Below the pieces are notes generated by a model. It made no database searches. It was not told where the DNA came from and was given only the letters and a program-made list of their open reading frames with translations. Source: an uncultured Anaerolineae bacterium (GTDB taxonomy: Bacteria > Chloroflexota > Anaerolineae > J036 > Brachytrichaceae). From it: a stretch of 64,000 nt of DNA. The position numbers were made by a program, and so were the translations under genes. The stretch is from positions 52,079-116,078 of the forward strand of contig CALBEF010000013.1 in assembly GCA_937927775.1 (NCBI GenBank). The letters are read 5' to 3'. Positions 1 through 9,300 of this stretch are shown here, piece after piece (the first letter of the stretch is position 1; each line of letters opens with the position of its first letter).

Positions 1-1605
1 GAGGAACAACGCGAACACAGCCAGCACGATGAGCGGAATGGTCATGCTGGGCGCAGATTCCGTGGCGTGTTCAGCGGCTGCGCTGCGCGGCTGCCCGAAG
101 AAGGTCATGGCGATCTGGCGGGTGGTGTAGAACGCCGTCAGGGTGGCCGAGAACACCAGCACCAGGAAGACGATCAGCGCCAGGGCGTTGCCTTCGCTCA
201 TCGCATGAAAGGCGTCGGCGAAGATTTCGTCTTTGCTCCAGAAGCCGGCAGTGATGAAGGGGAAACCCATCAGCGCCAGGCCGCCGATCAGGAACGTCCA
301 GAAAGTGACCGGCATTCTGTGGCGCAGGCCGCCCATGTTGCGCATGTCCTGCGGATCAAACGATTCCGGATTTTGGATTTCGGATTTTGGAGTGTGATCG
401 TCGTGGCCATGCGCTTCGTCGCTGCCATGCCCATTGTGATGGTTTGCATGGGCGTGCGCGGCGTGATGATGGCCGTGCTCGACGCCATGAATGACCGAGC
501 CGGAGCCGAGGAACAAGAGCGCCTTGAAGAAAGCGTGCGTGAGCAGGTGAAAGCCGGCGGCGATGTACGCGCCGATGCCGACCGCCGCCACCATGAAGCC
601 AAGCTGGCTGATGGTGGAGAAGGCCAGCACGCGCTTGATGTCGTACTGAGCGACCGCGATGGTCGCGCCGAGGAAAGCCGTGATTGCGCCGATTACGCCG
701 ACGATGGTGAAGGCGGCGCTGTCATGGCCGGCGAATTGAAACAGAGGAAAGAAGCGCAACAGCATGAACACGCCGGCGCTGACCATCGTCGCGGCATGGA
801 TCATCGCGCTGACCGGCGTCGGGCCTTCCATCGCGTCGGGCAACCACACATGCAGCGGGAACTGCGCGCTCTTGCCGACCGTGCCGCCGAAAATGAGAAC
901 GCCGATCATGCCGGCCGCCGAGATGCCCAGCCCCAGCACCGCCGGCGTCTCCGCCAGCAGGCGCAGCGCCTCTTCGTTGTGCAGAATGTCGAAGAAGTTG
1001 AGCGTGCCGGTCTGGCTGTACAAGTACACCATCCCCAGCAACAACAGCATGTCGCCGACGCGGGTGGTCATAAACGCCTTCACGGCCGCTTTGTACGCCG
1101 ACGGCTTGCGATAGAAGAAGCCGATCAACGAGTAGGAGCAGAAGCCCATCAACTCCCAGAAGATGAACAGGGCGAGCAGGCTGTCCGACACCACCAGACC
1201 CATCATCGAGCCGCCAAACAGGCTGAGGAAGGCAAAGAACCGGCTGTACAGCGGGTCGGACGCCATGTAGCCGGTGCTGTAAATGAAGATCAACGAACAC
1301 GTGACCGGCACCATGAACAGGAAGGTGGCGCCCAGAGGATCAACCGCAATGCCGATGCGCAGGAAGGTCTCGCCGGTCGGAATCCACGGGATGGATTGAC
1401 GGATGGGGGCTTTGCCCAAATCGGGCATGCCGATCACGTTGAAGAAGACAATGAGAGCCAGGATTGCCGACGCAAGCATCGCGCCTACGGCGATCGTCGA
1501 GCTGGTCTGACGATGCCGGTGGGTGAACAGCGCAATGACGGCAAACGCCAGCAGCGGCGGCAGCGGCGCCAGCCAGGTCAGGGTTTGAAGGAGTTCTCTG
1601 CTCAT
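1..1605 (-). CDS. nuoL: NADH-quinone oxidoreductase subunit L (N-terminal ~535 codons; gene runs off the left edge)
   Basis: Minus-strand frame from ATG 1605..1603 reads MSRELLQTLTWLAPLPPLLAF... and contains VGKSAQFPLHVWLPDAMEGPTPVSAM and DMRNMGGLRHRMPVTF. It has no stop inside the window, so it is absent from the ORF track. It follows nuoK in the conserved J-K-L order. Confidence 0.9.
   Translation of the reverse strand, partial: MSRELLQTLTWLAPLPPLLAFAVIALFTHRHRQTSSTIAVGAMLASAILALIVFFNVIGMPDLGKAPIRQSIPWIPTGETFLRIGIAVDPLGATFLFMVPVTCSLIFIYSTGYMASDPLYSRFFAFLSLFGGSMMGLVVSDSLLALFIFWELMGFCSYSLIGFFYRKPSAYKAAVKAFMTTRVGDMLLLLGMVYLYSQTGTLNFFDILHNEEALRLLAETPAVLGLGISAAGMIGVLIFGGTVGKSAQFPLHVWLPDAMEGPTPVSAMIHAATMVSAGVFMLLRFFPLFQFAGHDSAAFTIVGVIGAITAFLGATIAVAQYDIKRVLAFSTISQLGFMVAAVGIGAYIAAGFHLLTHAFFKALLFLGSGSVIHGVEHGHHHAAHAHANHHNGHGSDEAHGHDDHTPKSEIQNPESFDPQDMRNMGGLRHRMPVTFWTFLIGGLALMGFPFITAGFWSKDEIFADAFHAMSEGNALALIVFLVLVFSATLTAFYTTRQIAMTFFGQPRSAAAEHATESAPSMTIPLIVLAVFALFL
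368..390. repeat. Heptamer array, GGATTTT/CCAAAAT family (inside nuoL)
   Basis: GGATTTTGGATTTCGGATTTTGG. Translated in nuoL sense as PKSEIQNPES. Confidence 0.85.
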
Positions 1606-1626
1606 GGTGCAACTCAGCCATCGAGA

Positions 1627-1655
1627 CAATCACTCAATGACTCAATGGCTCAACC
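1627..1655. repeat. 8-mer array, TCAATGAC family (nuoK-nuoL spacer)
   Basis: CAATCACTCAATGACTCAATGGCTCAACC. Confidence 0.8.
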
Positions 1656-1656
1656 T

Positions 1657-1974
1657 CTACAGTTTCATCGAGTCGAGTTTGTCCGGGTCCACACTCTGCG
1701 TGTTGCGATACACCGAGATCATCAGCGCCAGGCCGATGGCGGCTTCGGCAGCCGCAATGACGAAAATAAACGCGGCAAACGCCAAGCCGGCGGCAGCGTT
1801 CGGGGCGACATAACGCCAGAAGGCCAGCAGATTGATGTTGACGGCATTCAGCATCAGCTCGACGCCCATCAGGATGGCGATGGCGTTTTTCCGCGCCAGC
1901 ACGCCATACAGCCCGATGCAAAAAAGAGCCGCCGAGACCAGCAAGAACCAGTAAAGCGGGATTCCATTCAGCAT
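1657..1974 (-). CDS. nuoK: NADH-quinone oxidoreductase subunit K
   Basis: 105-aa three-helix membrane protein, MLNGIPLYWFLLVSAALFCIGLYGVLARKNAIAILMGVELMLNAVNINLLAF..., typical NuoK/ND4L. Lies between nuoJ and nuoL. Confidence 0.95.
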   Translation of the reverse strand: MLNGIPLYWFLLVSAALFCIGLYGVLARKNAIAILMGVELMLNAVNINLLAFWRYVAPNAAAGLAFAAFIFVIAAAEAAIGLALMISVYRNTQSVDPDKLDSMKL

Positions 1975-2025
1975 TGCGCGACCTCAATCACCCTTGCCAA
2001 AATCCATGTCTCCTCTGGCGCAAAC

Positions 2026-2712
2026 TCAATGATGGGCAACGGACGCGGCCGGCGCTTCGGCGCTGCGCGTTTCAGCCAGCGGCAACGGCTGCTGCACCGG
2101 CCCGGCCAACATGGCTTCCTGCGCTTCTTCAGCCGCCAGTTCAGCGCGCTCTTCCATCACGTCCTTCAGCGCGCGGTCGCGCGCCACCCAGATTGCCCCG
2201 ACCATGGCCACCAGAATCAGCACTGCCGTCAGCAGAAACGCCGCGCCGTACTGATTGAAGTCTACGAACGACTGCCCGAGGCGAACCAGGTGATCGTCGG
2301 GCACAGCCGGCGCGGGCTGCCCCTCGACCACATTCGGCCAGCTCACACTGCCGAATTGCCGCTGGCCGATGGTCACGGCCACCGGGCCGAGCATGAGCGC
2401 CATGATGGCAAACACGATCACACTGACGACCAGGGCCGCCGGCCACTGCGAGTTGGCCGGCTGAGCCAGTTGCACGCCGCGCGTCAGCATGACCGCAAAG
2501 ATGATGAGGATGGATATTGCGCCGATGTAGACCAGGAATTGCGCGGCAGCAAAGAAGCCGGCGTCGAGCAGCACGTACAACCCCGTCACCCCGAAGAACG
2601 ACACAATCAGAAACAGCGCCGCGTGGAACAGGTTGCGCGCGGTCACCACCATCACGCCGCCGCCCAGGACGACAAGAGAGATCACAATGAACAGAACCTG
2701 TGAAATGGTCAT
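2026..2712 (-). CDS. nuoJ: NADH-quinone oxidoreductase subunit J
   Basis: MTISQVLFIVISLVVLGGGVMVVTARNLFHAALFLIVSFFGVTGLYVLLDAGFFAAAQFLVYIGAI... is a NuoJ/ND6 signature. The start is moved to the internal ATG at 2712 because the upstream 20 codons are encoded by the heptamer repeat array. Confidence 0.9.
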   Translation of the reverse strand: MTISQVLFIVISLVVLGGGVMVVTARNLFHAALFLIVSFFGVTGLYVLLDAGFFAAAQFLVYIGAISILIIFAVMLTRGVQLAQPANSQWPAALVVSVIVFAIMALMLGPVAVTIGQRQFGSVSWPNVVEGQPAPAVPDDHLVRLGQSFVDFNQYGAAFLLTAVLILVAMVGAIWVARDRALKDVMEERAELAAEEAQEAMLAGPVQQPLPLAETRSAEAPAASVAHH

Positions 2713-2721
2713 CTCTGCACC

Positions 2722-2795
2722 GATTGATGATTGACGATTGACGATTGACGATTGGAGCAAGCGACCTTTCAATCGTCAATTCAACAATCGACAAT
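2722..2795. repeat. Inverted pair of ATTGACG-family heptamer arrays (nuoH-nuoJ spacer)
   Basis: GATTGATGATTGACGATTGACGATTGACGATTGG (2722..2755) faces CAATCGTCAATTCAACAATCGACAAT (2770..2795). The two can pair as a long imperfect hairpin. Confidence 0.85.
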
Positions 2796-2797
2796 TT

Positions 2798-4081
2798 CTA
2801 CCTGGCCGGGGCGCCTCCGGCAAAGCCCGACACGGCGGCGCGGTTCGCTTCGCGCCGGCTTTCGATTTCCGCTTCTTCGGCCAGGCGCAGCACACGCGCC
2901 CGCCGGGCCACAATGGCCAGGCCGGACAGCAGGATCGCCACGTTAGCCACAAACAGGATGGCGGCCTGCGTCTCCGGCGTCACCAGAATGCCGCCGTTGG
3001 CCGCCTGAAGGCCGGGGCTGGTGACGAACAGCTTGGCCAGAATCATCACCGCAATGATATTGACGATCGACATTGGCACCAGCACTTTCCAGTTCAGCGA
3101 CATCAGTTGATCGACGCGCACGCGCGGCAGCGTGCCGCGCAGCCACATGAAGACGAAGAAGACCCCCGCCGTCTTGAGCGCCAGCCAGAGATAAGGCGGC
3201 AGAATCGGCCCGGCATAGCCGCCCAGGAACAGCGTGGCGAACACAATGGACACCGCCAGCGTGTTGACGTATTCGCCCAGCATGAACAGGGCGAATTTCA
3301 TGCCGCTGTATTCGACGTGGAAGCCGGCCACAATCTCCGACTCGGCTTCGAGCAGGTCAAAGGGCGAGCGGCCGGTCTCGGCTACGCCGGCGATAAAGAA
3401 CGCCAGCGCAGACAGGGGGAGATAGAGAATGAAGGGGATGCCGGGGTTGCCGTCGGCGAGTGTCTGGCGCTGCACGATATCGGCCAGCCCCATCGAGCCG
3501 GCCAGCAGGATCACCGGAATGACGTTGAGCAGCATGGGCACTTCATAACCCACCAACTGGGCCACGGTGCGAAAAGCGCCCAGCAGCGAATACTTGTTGT
3601 TGCTGCCCCACCCGGCCATCAGGATGGCAACCGTGCTGGCCGAGCCGACCGCGATGACGAAGAACACGCCGATATTGAGATTTGTGCCCACCACACCTGG
3701 CGCAAGCGGGAACACCGCGAAGGTCACGAGGGCAAACGTGGCGATGATGAGGGGAGCGGCGTTGTACACCCAGCGGTCGGCGCTGGCCGGCGTAGTGTCC
3801 TCTTTGGTGAACATCTTGATGCCATCGGCGATCGGTTGCAAGAGTCCAAACGGGCCAGCTTGATTAGGCCCCACCCGGTTCTGGATGCGCGCCACCACCT
3901 TGCGCTCGGCCCAGGTCATGCCCATGAAAACCAGAGCTACTATTGTGCACAACACCAGCGCACCCAGTCCCATCGTAATCAGATCGGCGCCCAGGCCAGG
4001 GCCTAATATGCCCTCAACCAGACCCGCCACACCATCACTGACGATCTTCAGCAGATTGTTGACCGTATCAATCACCGACAT
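2798..4081 (-). CDS. nuoH: NADH-quinone oxidoreductase subunit H (with C-terminal extension)
   Basis: WAERKVVARIQNRVGPNQAGPFGLLQPIADGIKMF and GWGSNNKYSLLGAFRTVAQLVGYEVP are NuoH/ND1 hallmarks. 427 aa. Confidence 0.95.
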   Translation of the reverse strand: MSVIDTVNNLLKIVSDGVAGLVEGILGPGLGADLITMGLGALVLCTIVALVFMGMTWAERKVVARIQNRVGPNQAGPFGLLQPIADGIKMFTKEDTTPASADRWVYNAAPLIIATFALVTFAVFPLAPGVVGTNLNIGVFFVIAVGSASTVAILMAGWGSNNKYSLLGAFRTVAQLVGYEVPMLLNVIPVILLAGSMGLADIVQRQTLADGNPGIPFILYLPLSALAFFIAGVAETGRSPFDLLEAESEIVAGFHVEYSGMKFALFMLGEYVNTLAVSIVFATLFLGGYAGPILPPYLWLALKTAGVFFVFMWLRGTLPRVRVDQLMSLNWKVLVPMSIVNIIAVMILAKLFVTSPGLQAANGGILVTPETQAAILFVANVAILLSGLAIVARRARVLRLAEEAEIESRREANRAAVSGFAGGAPAR

Positions 4082-4250
4082 AAGCTCACCAATTTCCGGC
4101 GAAACGAGTTCTTCCGCTTACAGCAAGCGCCCCGCACTCAACGCGCGGGGCGGCAAATATTCCACTTGACAGCCCGGTGCAGAAACTACGCATTGGCAGG
4201 CGTTAAGTCTCCGCCGTCCTGTATTGAGCGCGCATTCACCGGCTGCCCGG

Positions 4251-4607
4251 TCAATCCCACTGCAGCGCACCCCTGCGCCAGGCATAGAGCAATGCTGTCA
4301 TCAAAATGCCCAGGAAGACTGTTACGACCAGCACCGCGTAGAGCGGCACGACATTGAATGCGACGGCAAATGGAAACAGCAGCACCCCGCCAACGTCAAA
4401 TAACACGAAGATAAGGGCAAAGATGTAGTATTGAACGCGGAACTGAACCCACGCGTCGCCGACGGTCTCCATGCCGCACTCATAGGTCTCAAGCTTGGCC
4501 GGGCTGGGCTTCCTGGGCCGAAGGAGGGATGCCGCAAAGACCGCGACGCCCATCAACAGGAAAGCGGTGACGAGCATGACACCGATGAACGCAAAATCAG
4601 TTCTCAT
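4251..4607 (-). CDS. nuoA: NADH-quinone oxidoreductase subunit A (copy 1)
   Basis: MRTDFAFIGVMLVTAFLL...KLETYECGMETVGDAWVQFRVQYYIFALIFVLFDVGGVLLFPF is the NuoA/ND3 motif. Internal ATG at 4607 chosen as the start. Confidence 0.9.
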   Translation of the reverse strand: MRTDFAFIGVMLVTAFLLMGVAVFAASLLRPRKPSPAKLETYECGMETVGDAWVQFRVQYYIFALIFVLFDVGGVLLFPFAVAFNVVPLYAVLVVTVFLGILMTALLYAWRRGALQWD

Positions 4608-4722
4608 CCAAACCCCTGACCGATGCGCATCGCACACAGCCAAACGCGGCGGGAAACCATCAACAAAGCGCTTCGTTCACCCGGCCGGCCGCTCGATTGC
4701 GCCTAAGTTCACAAACGGGCTG

Positions 4723-4750
4723 ATTATAGCGAGGCTTCGGGTCACGTCAA
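4723..4750 (-). promoter_or_regulatory. Candidate sigma70-type promoter of the nuoA-H-J-K-L cluster
   Basis: Minus strand reads TTGACG (4750..4745), 16 nt, TATAAT (4728..4723), about 110 nt upstream of the nuoA start. The -35 box overlaps the stop of the upstream M23 gene. Confidence 0.55.
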
Positions 4751-6138
4751 GGAATCGGCTCAGTTGTCCAGCGCAGGCCGTCTACGGTCACGCCACCCAC
4801 CGCCAGTTCCCAATGCAAATGAGGGCCTTCGCTGCGCCCGGTGTTGCCCGACTTGCCGATCATGTCGCCGGCATTCACGATCTGGCCCACCTTGACGCCG
4901 GCCTCGGACAGGTGGCAGTACACGGTGAACACGCCTCGGCCATGATCGATGATGATCACCAGACCGCGCACCATGAATTCCTGCACGGCTGCGACACGGC
5001 CCGGCGCCGACGCATAAACCGGCGTGCCGGCCGGCGCCACAATATCCGTGCCGCTGTGATAGGTGCGCAATATCCCGCCGTTGAAGCTGCGTCGCGCGCC
5101 GAAGTACGACGCGATCCGGCCCGACGCGGGCAGCCTGAGCGGCCCTTCCCACCACTGTGTGCCAGACCACTGGCTGAGAATGGCGTCCAGTTCCACGCGT
5201 TCGTCAATGTTCACCTGTGGGTCGAGCAGCGGGATCAGGCGTCGGCTGATGGTGAGATTCTCGAAGCCGAATCCGCCGGCGGCGGTCTGGATGCGGCCAC
5301 CCACTTCGGCGGCAGCGCCGGATTCTGCAATGGCGCGCAGGGTAACCGTGTACACGCCCGGCTCCTGCAAGCCGGCCACGCCGGACAGCGCCACATATCC
5401 GCCGGCCTGCGGCACAAATCGCAACGGCCGGCCGGCCAGCGAGCCAACAATCTCCTGCAACGGGCGATTCGCGCGCACGCTTACCACAACGATGTCGCCC
5501 TGGCGCGGCACACGCGGCGTAATCTCAACACGCTCGAACGGCTCCGGCAGATTGGTAGCCACACCCTCCACCCCCTCGGGCAGTGGGATGCGCAGCAATT
5601 GTCCGACCACCAGACAGTTCGCGCATGATAGCTTGTTGGTGCGGCGCAGCAGATAGGGCGAGATGCCGTATTGCGCGCCCAGACTGGACAGGGTCTCGCC
5701 GGCCGCCACACGGTGCAGCCGAATGCGCGCCGACATGGGCGCCGGCAGCTTCAAGCGCTGGCCGGCCAGCAACAAATACGGCTGCGTCAGATTGTTGCGC
5801 TGGGCCAGGTCTGTCACGGCAAAGCCGGACTGCGCGCCAAGCGTCGCTAAGGTCTCTCCGACGGAAACAATGTGCGTCAGCGGATTGTCCGCATCCACAA
5901 TCGGCTCAGGCGTGGGAGGCGGAATCGGGGTTGCCACCACCTCGATCACCGGCGTCTCTTCGATGTCAGGCGGCTGATCGGCAGGCTGTTCAGGCGAGAC
6001 TGGCGTCGCTTCGGCCGGCGGCTGATTATCAGGAGGGGACTGCTCCTGGGCCACACTCGTCGCAACGCCCGCAATCTGAAGCGCGATGCTGACAATGAGG
6101 AGGGCCAGAACAACGATGCCAGGGCGAAGTCTGCTCAT
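4747..6138 (-). CDS. Secreted LysM-domain M23 family metallopeptidase
   Basis: N-terminal signal/TM segment and a Pro-rich linker. Two clear LysM repeats (HIVSVGETLATLGAQSGF..., HRVAAGETLSSLGAQYGISPYLL...). C-terminal M23 motifs HSGTDIVAPAGTPVYA and GNTGRSEGPHLHWEL. Confidence 0.85.
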   Translation of the reverse strand: MSRLRPGIVVLALLIVSIALQIAGVATSVAQEQSPPDNQPPAEATPVSPEQPADQPPDIEETPVIEVVATPIPPPTPEPIVDADNPLTHIVSVGETLATLGAQSGFAVTDLAQRNNLTQPYLLLAGQRLKLPAPMSARIRLHRVAAGETLSSLGAQYGISPYLLRRTNKLSCANCLVVGQLLRIPLPEGVEGVATNLPEPFERVEITPRVPRQGDIVVVSVRANRPLQEIVGSLAGRPLRFVPQAGGYVALSGVAGLQEPGVYTVTLRAIAESGAAAEVGGRIQTAAGGFGFENLTISRRLIPLLDPQVNIDERVELDAILSQWSGTQWWEGPLRLPASGRIASYFGARRSFNGGILRTYHSGTDIVAPAGTPVYASAPGRVAAVQEFMVRGLVIIIDHGRGVFTVYCHLSEAGVKVGQIVNAGDMIGKSGNTGRSEGPHLHWELAVGGVTVDGLRWTTEPIP

Positions 6139-6938
6139 GAAGGCTGTATTGTACGCTTCCAGTAACGTTCACCGCCCGTTCGAGCAATGTACTCTCTGAC
6201 ATGCTCCGGCATCGCCGCCGCGCCGCCCGGCATCTCGCCGAACAGCGCAAACAACTGCGAGCGATAGCAGGCAATGGCAGCGATGCGCAAATCGACCTCG
6301 GCTTCTATCAGATGGATCAGCACTGGGCGCCAGGCCGAGCCGGCCTGCTCCAGATAGGGGGTCAGCGCGCCGGCGTCCCTGCCGGCATACGGATAGTCCT
6401 CGTAATAGGCGACGCGCGCCGGATCGCACATCTGCTCGACAGCCCGCCGGACAATCACATGATCGACATGTCCGCCGATGCTCAAAGGGCAGTACACCTG
6501 CGCATCGCCGCCGGCGACAAGCAGCGCCTGCCGCACCGCGTCGATCACGCTCGGATAGAAGCGCTCCCAGTCATGGGGATGGACATGTCCGCCCATGAAC
6601 TGCTTGCCTTCATACAGGGGCCGGCCGGCGTCATCGTAGCGATAGATGGCGTCGAGCAGGCCCAGATGCAGGGCTTCGGCGCCGAGTAAATTGGCCGCCT
6701 GCCTGTCCTCGACCCGGCGCTGGTGATAGGGCCGCTCGCCAAGCTGCCACTGCCAGTGCTCGTGTTCGGCTGCCGCCGACAGCGCAAACGGGCCTTCATA
6801 GTCCGCCGTGCAGAAGGTCGCCATGATGACGCGCTGGCCCTGGCGCGCCAGCCGGCCGGCCAGCCCCGCGCAGGACAAGCCGATGTCATCCAGGTGTGGC
6901 GCGAGAAAGAGGTGAACCATCCAGCTTCGCGCTGTCAA
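6135..6938 (-). CDS. PIG-L/LmbE family deacetylase
   Basis: N-terminus MVHLFLAPHLDDIGLSCAGL (PIG-L P-H-x-D-D motif), later HVDH. 4-nt overlap with the downstream M23 gene. The start could be 6938 or 6920. Confidence 0.75.
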   Translation of the reverse strand: MTARSWMVHLFLAPHLDDIGLSCAGLAGRLARQGQRVIMATFCTADYEGPFALSAAAEHEHWQWQLGERPYHQRRVEDRQAANLLGAEALHLGLLDAIYRYDDAGRPLYEGKQFMGGHVHPHDWERFYPSVIDAVRQALLVAGGDAQVYCPLSIGGHVDHVIVRRAVEQMCDPARVAYYEDYPYAGRDAGALTPYLEQAGSAWRPVLIHLIEAEVDLRIAAIACYRSQLFALFGEMPGGAAAMPEHVREYIARTGGERYWKRTIQPS

Positions 6939-7696
6939 TATCGAATGACGACCAGCGTCCCGATTGTGGCCCAGTTGTACAGCGTGACAGCGTCTTTGGT
7001 GTTGAGCACCACGCAGCCAAAGGACCCCGGTGCGCCGACGCGCCAGCGCACCGGGCGGCCATTTTTAGTCATCGGCATGGCGTGAATGCCGTTCTCGATG
7101 CGACCCACATCGTAGATGCCCAGCCAGTTTGGCATCCGCAACTGCCATACGTTCGACCAGGCCTCATCCATTTTGGACTTGATGCGGAACGTGCCGGCTT
7201 TGGTGGCGCGGTCCGGCGTGCCCGTGCTGACGAGAAATGTCCACAGCAACGTGCCGTTCTCGTACACCCACATGCGTTGCCTGCTCAGGCTGACATAGAT
7301 GGCCTTGCCGCGCGTCCTGGCAGCCGGCGCGCCGGCTGCGGTGGATGGCGCGGCGGCAGCCGATGCGCCCGCGCGGCCGGGCGAATCCGGCTCTTTGGGC
7401 AGATACAGCCTCTGGCCGGCATAGATGGCGCGGGCGTTAGACAGATTGTTGGCGCGCATGATGCCGGCGATGCTCACATCGAAACGGGCCGAGATGCCAG
7501 AGAGCGTGTCCCCTTTGCGAACGGTGTACCAGAAGCCACCCGCGCTGGCCGGCGCAAACGCGCTCACCGGCGCATCCACCGCCTGGGCCGGGACAGTTGC
7601 CAGCGCGGCAAAACTGCTCAATCCGACGACAGCCGTCAACACAAGTCTCGACACAAAGCGCGTCCACAACATCGGCAGCAGGCGATTTCTCGGCAT
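6935..7696 (-). CDS. LysM-domain L,D-transpeptidase (YkuD family)
   Basis: Signal peptide, LysM (YTVRKGDTLSGISARFDVSIAGIMRANNL), YkuD catalytic region ...GIHAMP...GAPGSFGCVVL. Start taken at MPRNRLLPML (ATG 7696); the ORF-track extension to 8023 has no coding-like features. Confidence 0.8.
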   Translation of the reverse strand: MPRNRLLPMLWTRFVSRLVLTAVVGLSSFAALATVPAQAVDAPVSAFAPASAGGFWYTVRKGDTLSGISARFDVSIAGIMRANNLSNARAIYAGQRLYLPKEPDSPGRAGASAAAAPSTAAGAPAARTRGKAIYVSLSRQRMWVYENGTLLWTFLVSTGTPDRATKAGTFRIKSKMDEAWSNVWQLRMPNWLGIYDVGRIENGIHAMPMTKNGRPVRWRVGAPGSFGCVVLNTKDAVTLYNWATIGTLVVIRY

Positions 7697-8142
7697 GGCA
7701 TTCTCCCTGTCTAGACACCTGGCGTCCATTGGTATCACAGAATCGCCCCCCGTCAACCGCGCAGCAATTCCAAATCCGAGTTCTTCAGCCGGAAGTTGCG
7801 CGGCCTGATGAAAGGCGATGAGAGCAATAGTCAGATGCAATCGCCGGCACGTCCGGTAGACCCCGTTGGCTCCACGCGGACTGCCAAGTCCGCGTTGTGG
7901 ATCGACCTGTGCCGCCGGATTTGGCAATCCGGCGGGAGCCGCGCGAGCACAGTGATGCGCCGGATGCGCCGCTGCGATCCAATGGCGGCCAGCACGACAA
8001 AGCAGGCGTGGCTCCGCTGTCATGTATTGCCTGTCGATTCGGCCTCCACAGCCGGCGGCACCCCGGAGGAGTAGTTTGCTGCCAGACGGCGGAATCGACT
8101 CACAGTTCCAGATTTGGAATTGCTGTCAGCCACGCCACCGTC

Positions 8143-8170
8143 TTGACAAATCGCTGCTGGTCGATACACT
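8143..8170 (+). promoter_or_regulatory. Candidate promoter for the SPFH / NAD-kinase-like pair
   Basis: TTGACA (8143..8148), 16 nt, TACACT (8165..8170), about 100 nt upstream of the SPFH start, which has a GAGGAG Shine-Dalgarno. Confidence 0.4.
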
Positions 8171-8267
8171 TAGCGTCAAACATACACTAATTAGACCGGA
8201 CGCGCGGAACGACGTCAGCGAGACGGCAATCCGGCGCAGCCATTGCCATGAGGAGTTTGCAAAGGAC

Positions 8268-9296
8268 ATGTTTGGAATCCACTACGTGAAGACCAGCCCC
8301 ACCCAGTTCGCGCTGCACTATCACAACGGCCGGCTGCGCCACTCCGGCGCGGGCGTGGCGTTCCTGTGCTATGCGCCGGCGTCGGTGATCGCGCTGGTGC
8401 CGATCGGCAGCCAGCGCGCGCCGTTCATCTTCAACGAAATCACCGTTGACTATCAACCGGTCACGGTGCAGGGCGAGTTGATCTATCGCGTGATCGATCC
8501 GCCCAAAGTTGCGTCGCTGTTTGACTTCACGGTGGTCATTCCATCACACCGCTATCTGTCCGACGACCGCGAGCAGTTGCCGCAACGCCTGATCTACCTG
8601 ACACAGGCGCTGGCGCGCGCGACCATGCAGAGCCGGCCTCTGCGCCAGGCCATTCAGGCGTCAGACGACATTGCTGCGGCAGTGCAGGCCGGCCTGTCCG
8701 GCCAGAAAGAGCTGGCCGCGCTCGGCGTCGAGGTTCTGTCGGTGTCGATTCACGCCATCAAGCCCACGCCAGAGATGGCGCGCGCGCTGGAAGCCGAGGC
8801 GCGCGAAGAACTGCTGCGCAACGCCGACGAAGCCGTTTACGTCCGTCGCAACGCCGCTGTCGAGCAGGAACGCCGGATCAAGGAAAACGAGTTGAACACC
8901 GAGATCGCCGTCGAGGGCAAGAAGCGCCAGATCCGCGAAACCAAACTGGCTGCCGACCTGGCAGCGGAGGAGAAGGAGCAACAGATCCGCGAGTCGAAGC
9001 TGCAAGGGCAAGTCAAGCTGGAGGAGGAGCGCCGGCGACTGGTGGCAGCGCGCGCCGACAACGCGCGCGCCGAAGCCGACGCGCAGGGCTATGCCGTGGA
9101 GGCCGCTCTCAAACCTTTGCGCGAACTGGACGGCGATCTGTTGCAGGCGCTGGCAGTGCAATCGGCCGATCCGCGCCGGATGGTAAGCCTGGCCCTCAAG
9201 GAGATCGCTCAGAACGCGGGCAAGATCGGCCAGTTGAACATCTCTCCCGATCTGTTGGAGTCTCTGCTGAGCAAAGGCAACACAGACGACGATTGA
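8268..9296 (+). CDS. SPFH/band-7 (flotillin/stomatin-like) domain protein with long coiled-coil tail
   Basis: MFGIHYVKTSPTQFALHYHNGRLRHSGAGVAF...ITVDYQPVTVQGELIYRVIDP is SPFH-like. The C-terminal ~150 aa is E/A/R/K-rich heptad-like coiled coil. GAGGAG lies 12 nt upstream of ATG 8268. Confidence 0.8.
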   Translation: MFGIHYVKTSPTQFALHYHNGRLRHSGAGVAFLCYAPASVIALVPIGSQRAPFIFNEITVDYQPVTVQGELIYRVIDPPKVASLFDFTVVIPSHRYLSDDREQLPQRLIYLTQALARATMQSRPLRQAIQASDDIAAAVQAGLSGQKELAALGVEVLSVSIHAIKPTPEMARALEAEAREELLRNADEAVYVRRNAAVEQERRIKENELNTEIAVEGKKRQIRETKLAADLAAEEKEQQIRESKLQGQVKLEEERRRLVAARADNARAEADAQGYAVEAALKPLRELDGDLLQALAVQSADPRRMVSLALKEIAQNAGKIGQLNISPDLLESLLSKGNTDDD

Positions 9297-9300
9297 CGCG

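Noticed and set aside
67-2703. 878-aa plus-strand ORF spanning the nuoL-K-J region
   Set aside because: It is antisense to three clearly recognisable nuo genes. The translation is low-complexity and R/A/G/H/Q-rich with no recognisable domain. Long stop-free antisense frames are expected at this GC content.
7697-8023. c-di-AMP (ydaO-type) riboswitch upstream of the LysM L,D-transpeptidase
   Set aside because: Two ACGGGG motifs caught my eye. The other conserved ydaO blocks (..GGGGUGAAUC.., ..CCCGAACCCG.CAGCUAACC..) are absent on the minus strand.
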